Shown here one piece after another: positions 8,801 through 17,244 of a DNA stretch of 21,128 bases. The notes beneath the pieces were generated by a model. The model saw only the letters and a list, made by a program, of their open reading frames with translations, had not been told where the DNA came from and made no database searches. The position numbers and the translations under genes were made by a program. The first letter of the stretch is position 1; each line of letters opens with the position of its first letter. Origin of the DNA: a bacterium (GTDB lineage Bacteria > Eisenbacteria > RBG-16-71-46); contig JAYWEM010000099.1 of NCBI GenBank assembly GCA_043779265.1, forward strand, positions 1-21,128. Reading direction: 5' to 3'.

Positions 8801-10228
8801 CTCGAAGTCGAGCCGACGCCTTCGAATCCCGCGCTCATCGCGGCGTTCGGCTGGCACTCGTCCCTCGTGCCGCGCGCCGCCAATGATGGAACCGACACGT
8901 CGGTTCCCAAGCCGGACACTCTGTTCGGCGGTGGCTTCAACACGTACCTCAATCTGCGCGCGGTCAACACGAGTCCTGCAGCGTCCCCGTTCGGCATCGG
9001 CTACCAGGCAAGGCTCGATGGTGCGCCGCTGTTCACGAGCATCCTGCCGGCACTCGCGGCTTCGCAGGCGCACATGCATCATGGCCCCACTCCCGTCTTC
9101 GTCACGGGCGGCCGGCACACACTCACGGCGGCGCTCGACCACACGTTGCTCCACGATGAGCTCGATGAAGCGGACAACATCGGTGGGGAGCAGTGGGTGT
9201 GGGGCCCCGCGGTCCTGACCCTGAATACCCCGACTCAATGGCAGACCGTCGCGCCACGCGTCGGTGGATGGTCCGAGGTCCGCTCCGGCGAGCCGCTCTT
9301 CTTCAACTCGCTCGGTCTCCGCATCCCGCCGCTGCCGCCCGGTACGCGCTGGGCGAATGTCGCGATGGTGCCCGGGTTCGGGAACGACCTCGACCTCCAG
9401 CTCCACGCTCGCGGCAAGGGCACCAAGTCCGGCTTCCAGGCCGCGCTCGCCGTGTCCGCCTGGGGCAAGGAGCAGACGGACTACATCCTGTACGACACCT
9501 CGGGACCGATGTCTCCCTCATTCGATATCGCGCTCGTCAATGTGGACAGCGTGCTCCAGAGTCCGAACGTGCTGTTCAAGCGAGCGATCGGCCGGGGCCT
9601 CGGCACGACCGGGCCCTTGACGCTGGGGCCCAATCATTCGTTCGACCTGCACGAAGTGACCCTGGCGCCTGGGAACTACATGGTCCGGCTGCTCGTGCAC
9701 AGCGCGGGCGCGGACATGGGGGTCTCGGTGCATGCCCCGACGCCCGCCATCCAGTCCAAGTCCGACGCCCTCGAGGCCGCATGGTTCAACGGGCCGGGGC
9801 TCGGTGAGGAGTTGGTGTTCGTGGCCGCCTCCTCCGGCACCTATTCGATCGCCGTGTGGAAGGCGGCGAGACCCGACCTGCCCTACTCCGTCAGCTACTC
9901 CCTCCAGATCGAGCCGACGTTGGTCGACGTCGAGACGACCGAACGGCCGGCCACGACTCGCCTGCACTTCGCCTCACCGAACCCGTTCGCGAAGCGCATG
10001 GCACTGTCGTTCGACCTCGCCACCGACTCCGAGGCGGAGCTGGAGATCTTCGACCTCACCGGGGCGCGCCGGGCGACGCTCGCCTCCGGCTGGCGTGCCG
10101 CCGGGCGACATCGGATCGAGTGGGGCGGCCACGCGCACGACGGCAGACCGCTCGGGGCCGGCGTCTACTTCGTGCGTCTGACCACGCCGGATCACAGCTC
10201 CACCACCCGGGTCGTGCGGATGCCGTGA
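5816..10228 (+). CDS. Large secreted zinc metallopeptidase-like protein (HExxH) with FN3, two ~366-aa CARDB-like repeats and a FlgD/T9SS-like C-terminal domain
   Basis: Signal peptide; HEFGH at 6899-6913 plus downstream SEGW (gluzincin-like third ligand); FN3 (PTAPTNL..W..STDDWSGIAGY); ESNEYDN/ELDEADN repeats; CTD PNPF..FDLTG.R..TL..AG.H..EW.G...GVYFVRL. Confidence 0.85.
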   Translation: MRRLLLLAPALLACTLVHSSAHATLREEPVKLRRVGVAPILRPGETARLSFELVAARPATIAGLEARSTSLATPFLRRVAPARVAPSQPMRLDLDLLPSEQPDPLVIRYEVDGVLVERRIDLRPLLESERERSSAMVQISTTIDPRRPEAELRPRPERPLPAGDDDPGILPLQPESKSPAWTYPVQVTGQLKYVREDGVAIGVDRIWVRVMQRKSFPYSDVTLTSGFSDNQGRFIQSYQWDDAGGNYPDVYIKFETESPEVTVQSSGLEIDYSWKTPIQTDFQGQYLHLGTWMPADQSTHGALHLHTNIQHNWDWYWYQQSYALESVDVQWPEDDDGAYYTNFWEEIHIGPDRTWRDDTHAHEFGHHWMNNYTSMPSPSYCNGFCDVPGGACGHCIWCPETDHDALSEGWPNWIAHVQTSSYLGTYGVAAYYTRNQESVAICDVTGTYQDPLLTEGFIGAILQDIWDSNNETDPNGLGQPDVLTLGTEEIFEVMDLDQSQTPVEFMFDFRARFPQHTVQLWQAGHNNRLQMDVQPPTAPTNLVSTSHTPGIASLIAQVILQWSPSTDDWSGIAGYDLLIDHPTLPDVVYPLTASTLAGTGYLTPATYMLGIRSRDRAGRVSAYVMSGPYVIQAPILQNMAFAHPIGWARPVVPRQDNAATTTQVLKATSLIGDSPTTYLNAAFTNNGQTEPVIIPSYNVFCVDNSCTYAGLNGSPSPGVEIRRINQGPITVRGGRHIVGMYLDRFAGWPESNEYDNTWAQPWIFRPATLVANTSTRRASPPGTTDGWQMVTNGTPFMANCDGMRMNTPSGWNAASLAADTDTSDFDLRLHFSTSSVDTGFASSRGHSLRGPGELDLVLVNRNVLSNATWDLGITNSYGDRDSSVLRHTTSTPMNYNDSLVVSWPANEFLILRDVSLAGAGLGTAVATGNPADGPFWLAFLDRTFSSGGLSDGAITLQPSDSTGRARILFNATGAGSHAVMVLRDPRWGRGSRNVVLEVEPTPSNPALIAAFGWHSSLVPRAANDGTDTSVPKPDTLFGGGFNTYLNLRAVNTSPAASPFGIGYQARLDGAPLFTSILPALAASQAHMHHGPTPVFVTGGRHTLTAALDHTLLHDELDEADNIGGEQWVWGPAVLTLNTPTQWQTVAPRVGGWSEVRSGEPLFFNSLGLRIPPLPPGTRWANVAMVPGFGNDLDLQLHARGKGTKSGFQAALAVSAWGKEQTDYILYDTSGPMSPSFDIALVNVDSVLQSPNVLFKRAIGRGLGTTGPLTLGPNHSFDLHEVTLAPGNYMVRLLVHSAGADMGVSVHAPTPAIQSKSDALEAAWFNGPGLGEELVFVAASSGTYSIAVWKAARPDLPYSVSYSLQIEPTLVDVETTERPATTRLHFASPNPFAKRMALSFDLATDSEAELEIFDLTGARRATLASGWRAAGRHRIEWGGHAHDGRPLGAGVYFVRLTTPDHSSTTRVVRMP

Positions 10229-10277
10229 TTCGCGCCTGATCGACGAAGCGCCCGACCCCGCGAGGAGTCGGGCGCTT
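10109..10277 (+). repeat. Direct repeat copy 1 (last 40 codons of the peptidase gene plus terminator)
   Basis: 10109-10228 matches 17392-17511 with 9 mismatches in 120 nt by hand alignment; 10244-10277 is identical to 17534-17567. Confidence 0.95.
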
Positions 10278-10280
10278 CGT
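10243..10280. terminator. Hairpin between convergent genes, probable terminator
   Basis: ACGAAGCGCCCGAC-cccgcgagga-GTCGGGCGCTTCGT, a 14-bp stem. Confidence 0.7.
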
Positions 10281-10386
10281 GCATCAAGTGCCAGCTGGAG
10301 AATTCCGAGCCGCGACGCGGCTCCGGGTTCGCCCGCAACATGGACCGGGACCACATCGGTCTTCGAGCGTTCCGTCCCGCCCCCGG

Positions 10387-12750
10387 TCACCGGATGAGTA
10401 CGATGCGGCGGCGTGCTGCCTCACTCCCGACTCGTGCGTGCAGCAGGTAGACACCGGGCGCCATCGACGCCGGGCTGCTGGGCCAGGTCCATGCGTGCGC
10501 GCCGGCGGCCAGTTCCCCCGAGTGCAGCGTCGCGACGCGGGCGCCCAGCACATCGAAGAGCGCCACATCGGCGGCCCCGCTGCGCGGCACGTGCAGCGTG
10601 AGCGCGCCACCTCGGCGGACCGGGTTCGGCATCCCCGCCGCCCACGCGAGGCCCGCGGCCTGCGCGTCCACCCGCACCTCGATCGGTCCCTCGATGTGCG
10701 TACGGCCGTCGGTGTGGCGGACCTCGAGAACGTAGGCGTGGATGCCGGGCGCCACCGCCTCGGTGTCGAGGGCCTCGCCTTCACGCTCGGGCCCCGTCTC
10801 GGCGATCATCGCCTCGCCCTCGGCGTCGCGACGCAGCAGTCGCACGCGCGTGGCGCTTGCCGGTTCGCCGAGCCGCCAGCGCACCCGTACTCCCCCCGGC
10901 GCCGCCTCGGCCTCGAACCGCGACACCACCGCCGACACCAGCCCATCGAGGCGCACCCGTGTCGTGTAGAGGTCGGCCTGGTCTCCGAACACGGTGCCGG
11001 GCATGCGATGGTCCACCCAGAACGCATGCACGAACCCGCCCGAGACCACCAGCGCATTGCTCTCGCCGGGGAAGTAGAACGGTGTGGTTCGACTGAACCA
11101 ATGAGTCGGCGCCGAGCTGAGCCGCTGCGCCGGACGGAAGCTCGCACCGCCGTCCTGCGAGTGCGTCCAGTACTGGTGCCCCCAGGCACCGCAGCCGGCA
11201 TCGTCGCGCCGGTCCATCCACATCACGTGCACCCGTCCCTGAGCGTCCACCGTCAGCTCCGGGTGCGACTCGTCCAGCCGCGCCGGGCCGTCGTTCACGC
11301 GCCGCTTGGCCGACCACGTCGCCCCGCCGTCGTCCGAGTGCACCGCCACCACGTCGCGCTGGTCGCGCGCGGCCGAGCCCGGCAGCGGCGTCCAGTCCCT
11401 CACCTCGAAGTAGTACGGCTGCGAGCCCTGCGCCAGGCTCCCCACCCGGATGAAGTAGCGGCCCGTCCGCGGCAGCGTCAGGATCACCGGCCGCACCGGC
11501 ACGCTCGGGTCGGCGAACACCGCGTAGCCGAGCCGCGACACCACGCCGCCCGGGCTCTCGCAGAACAGCACCTCGGCGTTCAGGTACGGCGTGTCGATCA
11601 GCGGGCCCACCGTCGCCGCCCCCGTGATCTCCACACTCCGGCCCGCCTCGCCCTCGAACGTCCACGCGTCGCCGTCCGAGCTGTGCGGTCCGCTGAACAC
11701 GCTCCCCGCGATCTCGTCGCCGATCGCGAACGGCGTCGCCTGCTCGTACGACTCGTTGGGCTCGATCTCGCCCACGGTGGTGCCCGAGAACGGCCCGCGC
11801 ACGCCGTCGGCGTGGTCGGTCCACGCGGCATGCAGCCGGCCATGGTGAGGCCCCGCACTCGCATCCACCGCCACACGCAGCAGGTTCGGGAACCGCACGT
11901 TGCTCGGGTACGGCACCGAGTAGTCATACTCGAAAGTGGTGGGAAGGAAGTCGTAGGGGCCGAGGTTCAGGTTGTCGAGCATCGGCGCCACGACGTAGGG
12001 CGCTCCGAACATGAGCCCCCCATCCAGCGATCGCCTGCCGCGTACGACCGATGCCATCGCGTCCACCCACAGCACGTGCACCTCGCCCGCGGGGCCCACC
12101 ACCACCTGCGGCCGGTCGCAGCCCTGCCCCGAGAGGTCGACCGGCGCCGTCCACGTGACGCCGTCGTCGAGCGACCTCACATAGCCGATGCGGCTGCCCA
12201 CCGACACCGTGCGATCGGGTGGTCCGTCCTTGGCGGTGAACACGAGGTGGTGCGCCGAGCGGCCCACGTCCCATGCGAGCGAGGGCTGGGTGTAGGTGAA
12301 GGCCCAACCCGTCACCGCTGTGCGCTGCGGGCTCCATGCAGCTCCCGGCCCAAGGCTCTGCAGCGTGCGCGCAATCAGCCGCCAGGGGAGTTGCTGACCC
12401 ATCAGTGCGGGGGCGACGAGGAGTGCGAAGCTCCCACTCCCCTCGGATACGGCGTACTCGCCAAGTTGGTCGATCGAGCTCCCGACGAGGCCCCGGGATG
12501 TCCAGGTTGCACCCTCATCTTCGGTGGTTGAGTACTGAAGGTCCCTCGAGTTCAAAGGCGCGGAACCGCCTAGCGTCCAGAGAGCCAACCCCATCTCACC
12601 TCCGAACACCGCCCTCGGTTGTCCCTCGTGAGTCTGCGAAGCGGGGAATGCCACTGACTCCAACATCCGATCCTTCTCGATGAGCTGGGCGGCCGTGTGG
12701 CGACCGGGGAGCAAGAGTATTACCGCTGCGACGACCGCACGCCCCCGCAT
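10387..12750 (-). CDS. Secreted BNR/Asp-box (sialidase-like) beta-propeller protein with PPC-like insert and FlgD/T9SS-like C-terminal domain
   Basis: Signal peptide; Asp-boxes TEDEGATW, SLDDGVTW, SLDGGLMF, SDDGGATW, SQDGGASF; EIEPNES...D.D.W.F PPC-like module; CTD PNP..FDVLG.RVATL..G...AG.H...PGVYLL. Start is ATG 12750 (or GTG 12753) directly after the upstream stop. Confidence 0.82.
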   Translation of the reverse strand: MRGRAVVAAVILLLPGRHTAAQLIEKDRMLESVAFPASQTHEGQPRAVFGGEMGLALWTLGGSAPLNSRDLQYSTTEDEGATWTSRGLVGSSIDQLGEYAVSEGSGSFALLVAPALMGQQLPWRLIARTLQSLGPGAAWSPQRTAVTGWAFTYTQPSLAWDVGRSAHHLVFTAKDGPPDRTVSVGSRIGYVRSLDDGVTWTAPVDLSGQGCDRPQVVVGPAGEVHVLWVDAMASVVRGRRSLDGGLMFGAPYVVAPMLDNLNLGPYDFLPTTFEYDYSVPYPSNVRFPNLLRVAVDASAGPHHGRLHAAWTDHADGVRGPFSGTTVGEIEPNESYEQATPFAIGDEIAGSVFSGPHSSDGDAWTFEGEAGRSVEITGAATVGPLIDTPYLNAEVLFCESPGGVVSRLGYAVFADPSVPVRPVILTLPRTGRYFIRVGSLAQGSQPYYFEVRDWTPLPGSAARDQRDVVAVHSDDGGATWSAKRRVNDGPARLDESHPELTVDAQGRVHVMWMDRRDDAGCGAWGHQYWTHSQDGGASFRPAQRLSSAPTHWFSRTTPFYFPGESNALVVSGGFVHAFWVDHRMPGTVFGDQADLYTTRVRLDGLVSAVVSRFEAEAAPGGVRVRWRLGEPASATRVRLLRRDAEGEAMIAETGPEREGEALDTEAVAPGIHAYVLEVRHTDGRTHIEGPIEVRVDAQAAGLAWAAGMPNPVRRGGALTLHVPRSGAADVALFDVLGARVATLHSGELAAGAHAWTWPSSPASMAPGVYLLHARVGSEAARRRIVLIR

Positions 12751-12753
12751 CAC

Positions 12754-15700
12754 TCACCTCACCACGAGCATGCGGTGGGCGCGGTGCGCACCGGCGCGCA
12801 GGCGGACGAAGTGGACGCCGGCACGTACCGGGGAACCCGAGGCATCGGTGCGGTCCCAGCTCAGCGTATGTTCGCCCGCCTCGTACGTGCCCTCGAACCG
12901 CCGCACGACGCGGCCCGCGAGGTCGTACACCTCGAGTCGCACCGGCGAGCGCTCGGGCAGAGCGAACCGGAACGTGGTCGCGTGCTCGAACGGGTTGGGT
13001 ACGTTGGGCGCCAGCCAGAACCCGGGCCGGGCCGCCTCGGCCCGCGGCGTGCGCCCCGAGCGCATCGAGGCCTGCGCCGCGGTCTCGGGCCCGCCCTCCA
13101 CCACGAGGTGCAGGTCCCGCACCAGGCCCGGCGTCACCGGCGGCAGCGCGAACGCCAGATGCAGCGAGTCCCCGGGAGAGATCGCCTCCACCGAGGAGTC
13201 ACGACCCGCGAGCGCCGACAGTTCGAGTCCCCGGTCGGCGACGGAGGCGGCATGCGGGGCCACGAAGCTGGCGGTGGTGCCGGGGCGCGTCGTGAGACCC
13301 TCGAGCCGCTTGAGGTAGAGCCCGACGGCGGCGGTGAGCCTGAGCCGGCTCGCACCCGGCGCACGCAGCGCGAACAGCGCGAAGCCGCGGCGCGGCCGCC
13401 AGCCGCCCGAGGCGACCACGACACCCGCCGTGTCGTGCGCACTCCAGTGCACGCCCGGCTCGCCGGGCGTGAGCGCCGCGGAGCGCCGCCCTTCGAGCAG
13501 CACCGCCTGCGAGGCGCCGCCCGGCAATGACACCTCGAGCGTGGAGCCCGGCGGCACGTACACGGGGTCGTCGGCCGCGAACGCGAGAGCGCTGTCCAGG
13601 GGAGTCGAGCCATCCAGCATGGCTCCGCTCACATCGAACGGCGTGCCCACGATCGCGTCACCACCCTGCAGCAGCCCGACCTCCTCCGACGAGCGCTCGA
13701 TGGCGGCGAGCGCCACCCGGTCGAGCATCGCTCCCACTCGGCGCGGTGCGCGGATCCACGCCGAGACGCCTCCTCCCGCATCCGCCGCCACGCCGGGCAG
13801 CGCCAGCGCATCCGCCGCGTCCGCCCCGTTGGGCGTGCCGTCGAACAGCGAGTTGGAGGTAGAGGCCGCGAACGACGTCCCGGAGAGTCCGACGGCTCGG
13901 AACCGCAGGTCCTGCCGGCCCGAGCGCACGCACTCGGAGCAGCCACCCCCGCCGCCGCCCGAGAGCCCCTCGCCGCAGTCGATGTAATACCCCTTGAACT
14001 GCGCCTGGTTGCTCAGCGCCGTCCACTGGTCGATGGGGCCGGCGATCATCCGCGACTTGAGCCGGGCGTAGTACCACGTGTTGGGCTGGAGCGACTGGAT
14101 CGGAGCGACCACCTCGGGACGGCCCGGGCAGGCCGGCGTGGGCGTCGCGACCTCGACCCCGACGCTCTCGAAGTTCGACTCCGTGAGCGCGGCCGTGTGG
14201 TACTTGAGCTTGTACACATACATCGGTCCGGCGTTGCGGTCCCCCGCATCGTCGGCCGGCGCGGTCCACTCGATCTCCGCATCGAGTTGCTCGTAGGGCG
14301 GACAGCCCTCCGAGTACCCCATGGCGAGGTCGTTCACCACCTGCGGCGTCATGGTTCCGGAGCCCCCGAGCGTCACCCAGCGACCCACCGACGGCGTGGG
14401 CGAGGGACCGTCGGTCGTGGCGAGCACGAACAGCAGGTAGTTGCCCGGCGGCATCAGGTCGGGGTCGGCGGGAGCCGTCGCAGTGACCACGGTGGAACTC
14501 GCCTGCTCGAAGGACAGCGCGGTGTAGCGCTGGTCGTGGTTGAACGCATGCGTCGTCGCGCCGGGCCGCACCAGCACCACGCGCGTGATGGCGGCGGCGT
14601 CGCCCGAGACGATCTGGAACGTCTGCCCGTGCAGCAGGTCGTCGGCCACCGAGAACACCGGCCGCGTCGCTGTGGTCCCCGACGTGGTGAACAGGTAGCC
14701 GGGCTCGTACACGGTCGCCGAGTCGGGCTTGTCCTTCTCGGTGGTCTGCGTGTGCGTGACGTTGCCGCCCGCCGAGATCACGCGGCCGTCGGGTAGCAGC
14801 GCCGCCGTCGAGTGGTAACCGCGGGCGCTTGGGTCGGGTGGGAGCACTCCGTTACCAGAGCGAGGAGTCCACGAGCTGCTGCTCGGATCCCAGATCTGTG
14901 GAATCAGGAAGGGATTGCCCTCATCCTCGTGCCGGTCGCGTCCGCCCGAGACGAACACGCGGCCGTCCAGAAGCACCGTCAGGTTCGGCTCCACCCTCGG
15001 CTGCGGTTGGAAGTCACTCACTCCACTGATCGTCTCCTGCGCCCACGCGCCCAACGCCCCACTGGCCTCGAACGTGGAGACCGTGGCGTGGGAGGGTGAC
15101 ACGGTCCCGATGTAGGGACCCAGCTTCATCACGCGGCCCTGCTCGAAACCGATCGCCGACGTGCCGCCCGTGTAGCTGCGGGTGGTGTCGCCGATCGTTC
15201 CCGTGTTCCCGCTGATGCCGATCACGCGCGTGCCTGCGCTGTTACGGGTGCCGCCGTCGCCCACCACCGTGCGCACATTGCGGCCCGCGTGCAGCACGCC
15301 GCCGCTGGGATGGTTGAAGTAGAACGGGTAGGCGGCGCGATCGTACACACGCCCGCCCGCGAGGTCGGTGTAGCGCTGGCCGGCGGGCTTGGTGATGTCG
15401 AACACCTCCATCTGGCGCTCGTTGACGTCGACATCGAAGTAAAGTGACACGTGCCCCGCGCGCGCATGCGGACCGGCGCGCAGACTGTCGGGCAGGTGGC
15501 TGCGCCACCGCAGCGGCGGCCCGCCGCTCACGCCGACCTCGTGGCTCAACGTGAAACTCCAACTCGCCGCCGACAGCCCGCCCGTCATGGTGCTGTCGCC
15601 GCCGTGCACCCACAGGCGGTCCCACTCCTCGTCGTAGTGCGCCGCGTGCCGGTAGCGTGCGCTCGGCGCCGCGGTGCCCGTCTCGGGCACGATCTGGGCC

Positions 15701-17220
15701 GCCGTGTAGTTGCCCATGCACGAGTTGGCGTTGTTGCACCGGCCGAACTTCCACAGGTCGCCTCGCAGGCCGCTCTCGCCCTCGCCCCCGAACACCAGCA
15801 GCCGCCGTGGCTTGCTCGCCGCATCGTGTGGCGCCGGGCCATCCATCACCGCCGTGTGCCGGTAGCGCTTCGGGGCCGCCGAGGCCGCCGGAGTCACCAC
15901 CGTCCACGCGAGGCTCGCGAGATCCAGCGAGTGCAGCGCGTTCTCCGCGAACCCCGAGGACCCGCTCGCAGTGCGACCGCCATGTACGAGCATGTGCCGG
16001 GTGACCGGCGACTGCGCCGTGTTGAGCGGGCTCTCGTCGTAAGCGGCCGCGTGGCCGTAGCGCGCCGACGGACGCCCCGTGTCGGTCGTGATCTGCGTCG
16101 CCACCACGGTCTCGTTGTCGGCGTCTCCTCCCGGCACGACCGTGAATGTGATCCTCCACAGATCGCCGAGCGCGTTGCCGCTCGCATCCTTTCCACCGTA
16201 CACCCACACGTCGCACGTGTTGTTGAGCGCGCCCGGTGCGACGACGAGACTGTGCTCCGACCTCGCCGCCGGCCACGGCGCCCCGCTCGCCGGCTGCACG
16301 CGCACCCACGCCCAGCTCTCCGAGGGGTTGTAGCCCGTGCGCCAGCCGACCCAGAAGTCATCGAGCGGGTTGGTGCCGTCGTGCCCGCCGAACAGCATCA
16401 CCGCGCCCCGGGCATCGGAGTCGAACATCTGGATGGTCGAGGCGTACTCGGCCGCGTGCTCACGACGTGCGGAGGGGCGGGTCGCGTACTTGGACAGTCC
16501 GCGGTAGGGGTACTCCGTCCACTGCCCGCCGTACGTGTGCGCCAGCATCCCGTGGAACGCCGTCGGCGCGATCGTCTGGCCCACCCTCTCCTCGCCGCCG
16601 AGGAACAGGCTCTCGAAGTAGCGCAGCCCCGAGCCCACCACCACCCGGTCGTCGCCGAGCTGCAGCAGCGTCGGGTACCAGCGCTCGTAGCGCATCGTGT
16701 CGCTCGCGAGATTCAGCCAGCCCCACTCGAACGTCGCCCCGAGCGTCGCGTCGTACCACTGCGCATCGCTGTAGTGCGTCGGGTCGAAGAGGAACGTGTA
16801 CTTGTGACCGTTCGTCCCCTGCGACGTGCCACCCACCACCAGAAGGCGGCCGTCCTTCATCGTCGTGTGCCCGCTGCAGAAGATGTCGGGCGAGCCGGCC
16901 GGCAGCGGCGCACTCACCTGGAGCGCGTTCGCGAACGACGGCGGTCCCTCGGAGCCGGGCGGGATCAGCAGCAGTCGCGGATAGGCGGTTTGGCAGGGCG
17001 TGGCCTCATTGTGGACCGAGCCGTTGTAGTGGAGCACCACCGTCGTATCGCAGCGTCCGCGCAGGATGGCCAGGTGCGTGGCGGTGTAGCAGGCCTCGTT
17101 GGCGACCCCATCGATCTCGTGGGGTCCGAGCCAGCGACCGATGCTCGAGATCTGGGCCTCCGCGCGCCGCGGGGATGCACAGCTCAGGGCCGTGAGCACG
17201 AGCATGCCGCACAACGCCAA
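12754..17220 (-). CDS. Secreted galactose/glyoxal oxidase-like copper radical oxidase (AA5-like) with inserted Kelch propeller, DUF1929, FN3-like and FlgD/T9SS-like CTD; true start probably ATG 17255, frameshifted at a C10 tract
   Basis: IFCSGH (cofactor Cys), RWYPT (cofactor Tyr), RGYHSTAALLPDGRV (Tyr/His Cu ligands), GATTHAFNHDQR (His), PPGNYLLF..PSVG. CTD PNPF..YDLAGR.V...AG.H...WD. Confidence 0.85.
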   Translation of the reverse strand: MALCGMLVLTALSCASPRRAEAQISSIGRWLGPHEIDGVANEACYTATHLAILRGRCDTTVVLHYNGSVHNEATPCQTAYPRLLLIPPGSEGPPSFANALQVSAPLPAGSPDIFCSGHTTMKDGRLLVVGGTSQGTNGHKYTFLFDPTHYSDAQWYDATLGATFEWGWLNLASDTMRYERWYPTLLQLGDDRVVVGSGLRYFESLFLGGEERVGQTIAPTAFHGMLAHTYGGQWTEYPYRGLSKYATRPSARREHAAEYASTIQMFDSDARGAVMLFGGHDGTNPLDDFWVGWRTGYNPSESWAWVRVQPASGAPWPAARSEHSLVVAPGALNNTCDVWVYGGKDASGNALGDLWRITFTVVPGGDADNETVVATQITTDTGRPSARYGHAAAYDESPLNTAQSPVTRHMLVHGGRTASGSSGFAENALHSLDLASLAWTVVTPAASAAPKRYRHTAVMDGPAPHDAASKPRRLLVFGGEGESGLRGDLWKFGRCNNANSCMGNYTAAQIVPETGTAAPSARYRHAAHYDEEWDRLWVHGGDSTMTGGLSAASWSFTLSHEVGVSGGPPLRWRSHLPDSLRAGPHARAGHVSLYFDVDVNERQMEVFDITKPAGQRYTDLAGGRVYDRAAYPFYFNHPSGGVLHAGRNVRTVVGDGGTRNSAGTRVIGISGNTGTIGDTTRSYTGGTSAIGFEQGRVMKLGPYIGTVSPSHATVSTFEASGALGAWAQETISGVSDFQPQPRVEPNLTVLLDGRVFVSGGRDRHEDEGNPFLIPQIWDPSSSSWTPRSGNGVLPPDPSARGYHSTAALLPDGRVISAGGNVTHTQTTEKDKPDSATVYEPGYLFTTSGTTATRPVFSVADDLLHGQTFQIVSGDAAAITRVVLVRPGATTHAFNHDQRYTALSFEQASSTVVTATAPADPDLMPPGNYLLFVLATTDGPSPTPSVGRWVTLGGSGTMTPQVVNDLAMGYSEGCPPYEQLDAEIEWTAPADDAGDRNAGPMYVYKLKYHTAALTESNFESVGVEVATPTPACPGRPEVVAPIQSLQPNTWYYARLKSRMIAGPIDQWTALSNQAQFKGYYIDCGEGLSGGGGGGCSECVRSGRQDLRFRAVGLSGTSFAASTSNSLFDGTPNGADAADALALPGVAADAGGGVSAWIRAPRRVGAMLDRVALAAIERSSEEVGLLQGGDAIVGTPFDVSGAMLDGSTPLDSALAFAADDPVYVPPGSTLEVSLPGGASQAVLLEGRRSAALTPGEPGVHWSAHDTAGVVVASGGWRPRRGFALFALRAPGASRLRLTAAVGLYLKRLEGLTTRPGTTASFVAPHAASVADRGLELSALAGRDSSVEAISPGDSLHLAFALPPVTPGLVRDLHLVVEGGPETAAQASMRSGRTPRAEAARPGFWLAPNVPNPFEHATTFRFALPERSPVRLEVYDLAGRVVRRFEGTYEAGEHTLSWDRTDASGSPVRAGVHFVRLRAGAHRAHRMLVVR

Positions 17221-17234
17221 CTCGGATGGAATCC

Positions 17235-17244
17235 GGGGGGGGGG
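17235..17244 (-). repeat. G10/C10 homopolymer in the 5' coding region of the oxidase gene
   Basis: atcc-GGGGGGGGGG-aatc on the + strand, starting 8 nt after the ATG codon at 17255-17253, which follows a GAGGAGG RBS. Confidence 0.9.

Noticed and set aside
10281..10386. Palindrome GAGCCGCG-A-CGCGGCTC (10307-10323) and C-rich/G-rich islet ends as transposon terminal inverted repeats or attC sites
   Set aside because: End similarity is limited to a short CCGCCCCC in very GC-rich DNA. There is no transposase or integrase and no convincing attC core pair; the palindrome may just be a terminator for the BNR gene.
5816..17220. Secreted proteins as c-type cytochrome substrates of the adjacent Ccm system
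   Set aside because: I found no CxxCH motif (CGHCI and CSECV lack the His), so adjacency is probably incidental.
1118..17244. Functional link between the error-prone polymerase and slippage of the G10 tract
   Set aside because: Pol IV does promote -1 frameshifts in G runs, but it acts in trans. Proximity at 15 kb is no evidence, and one -1 event (C9) would not restore the frame.
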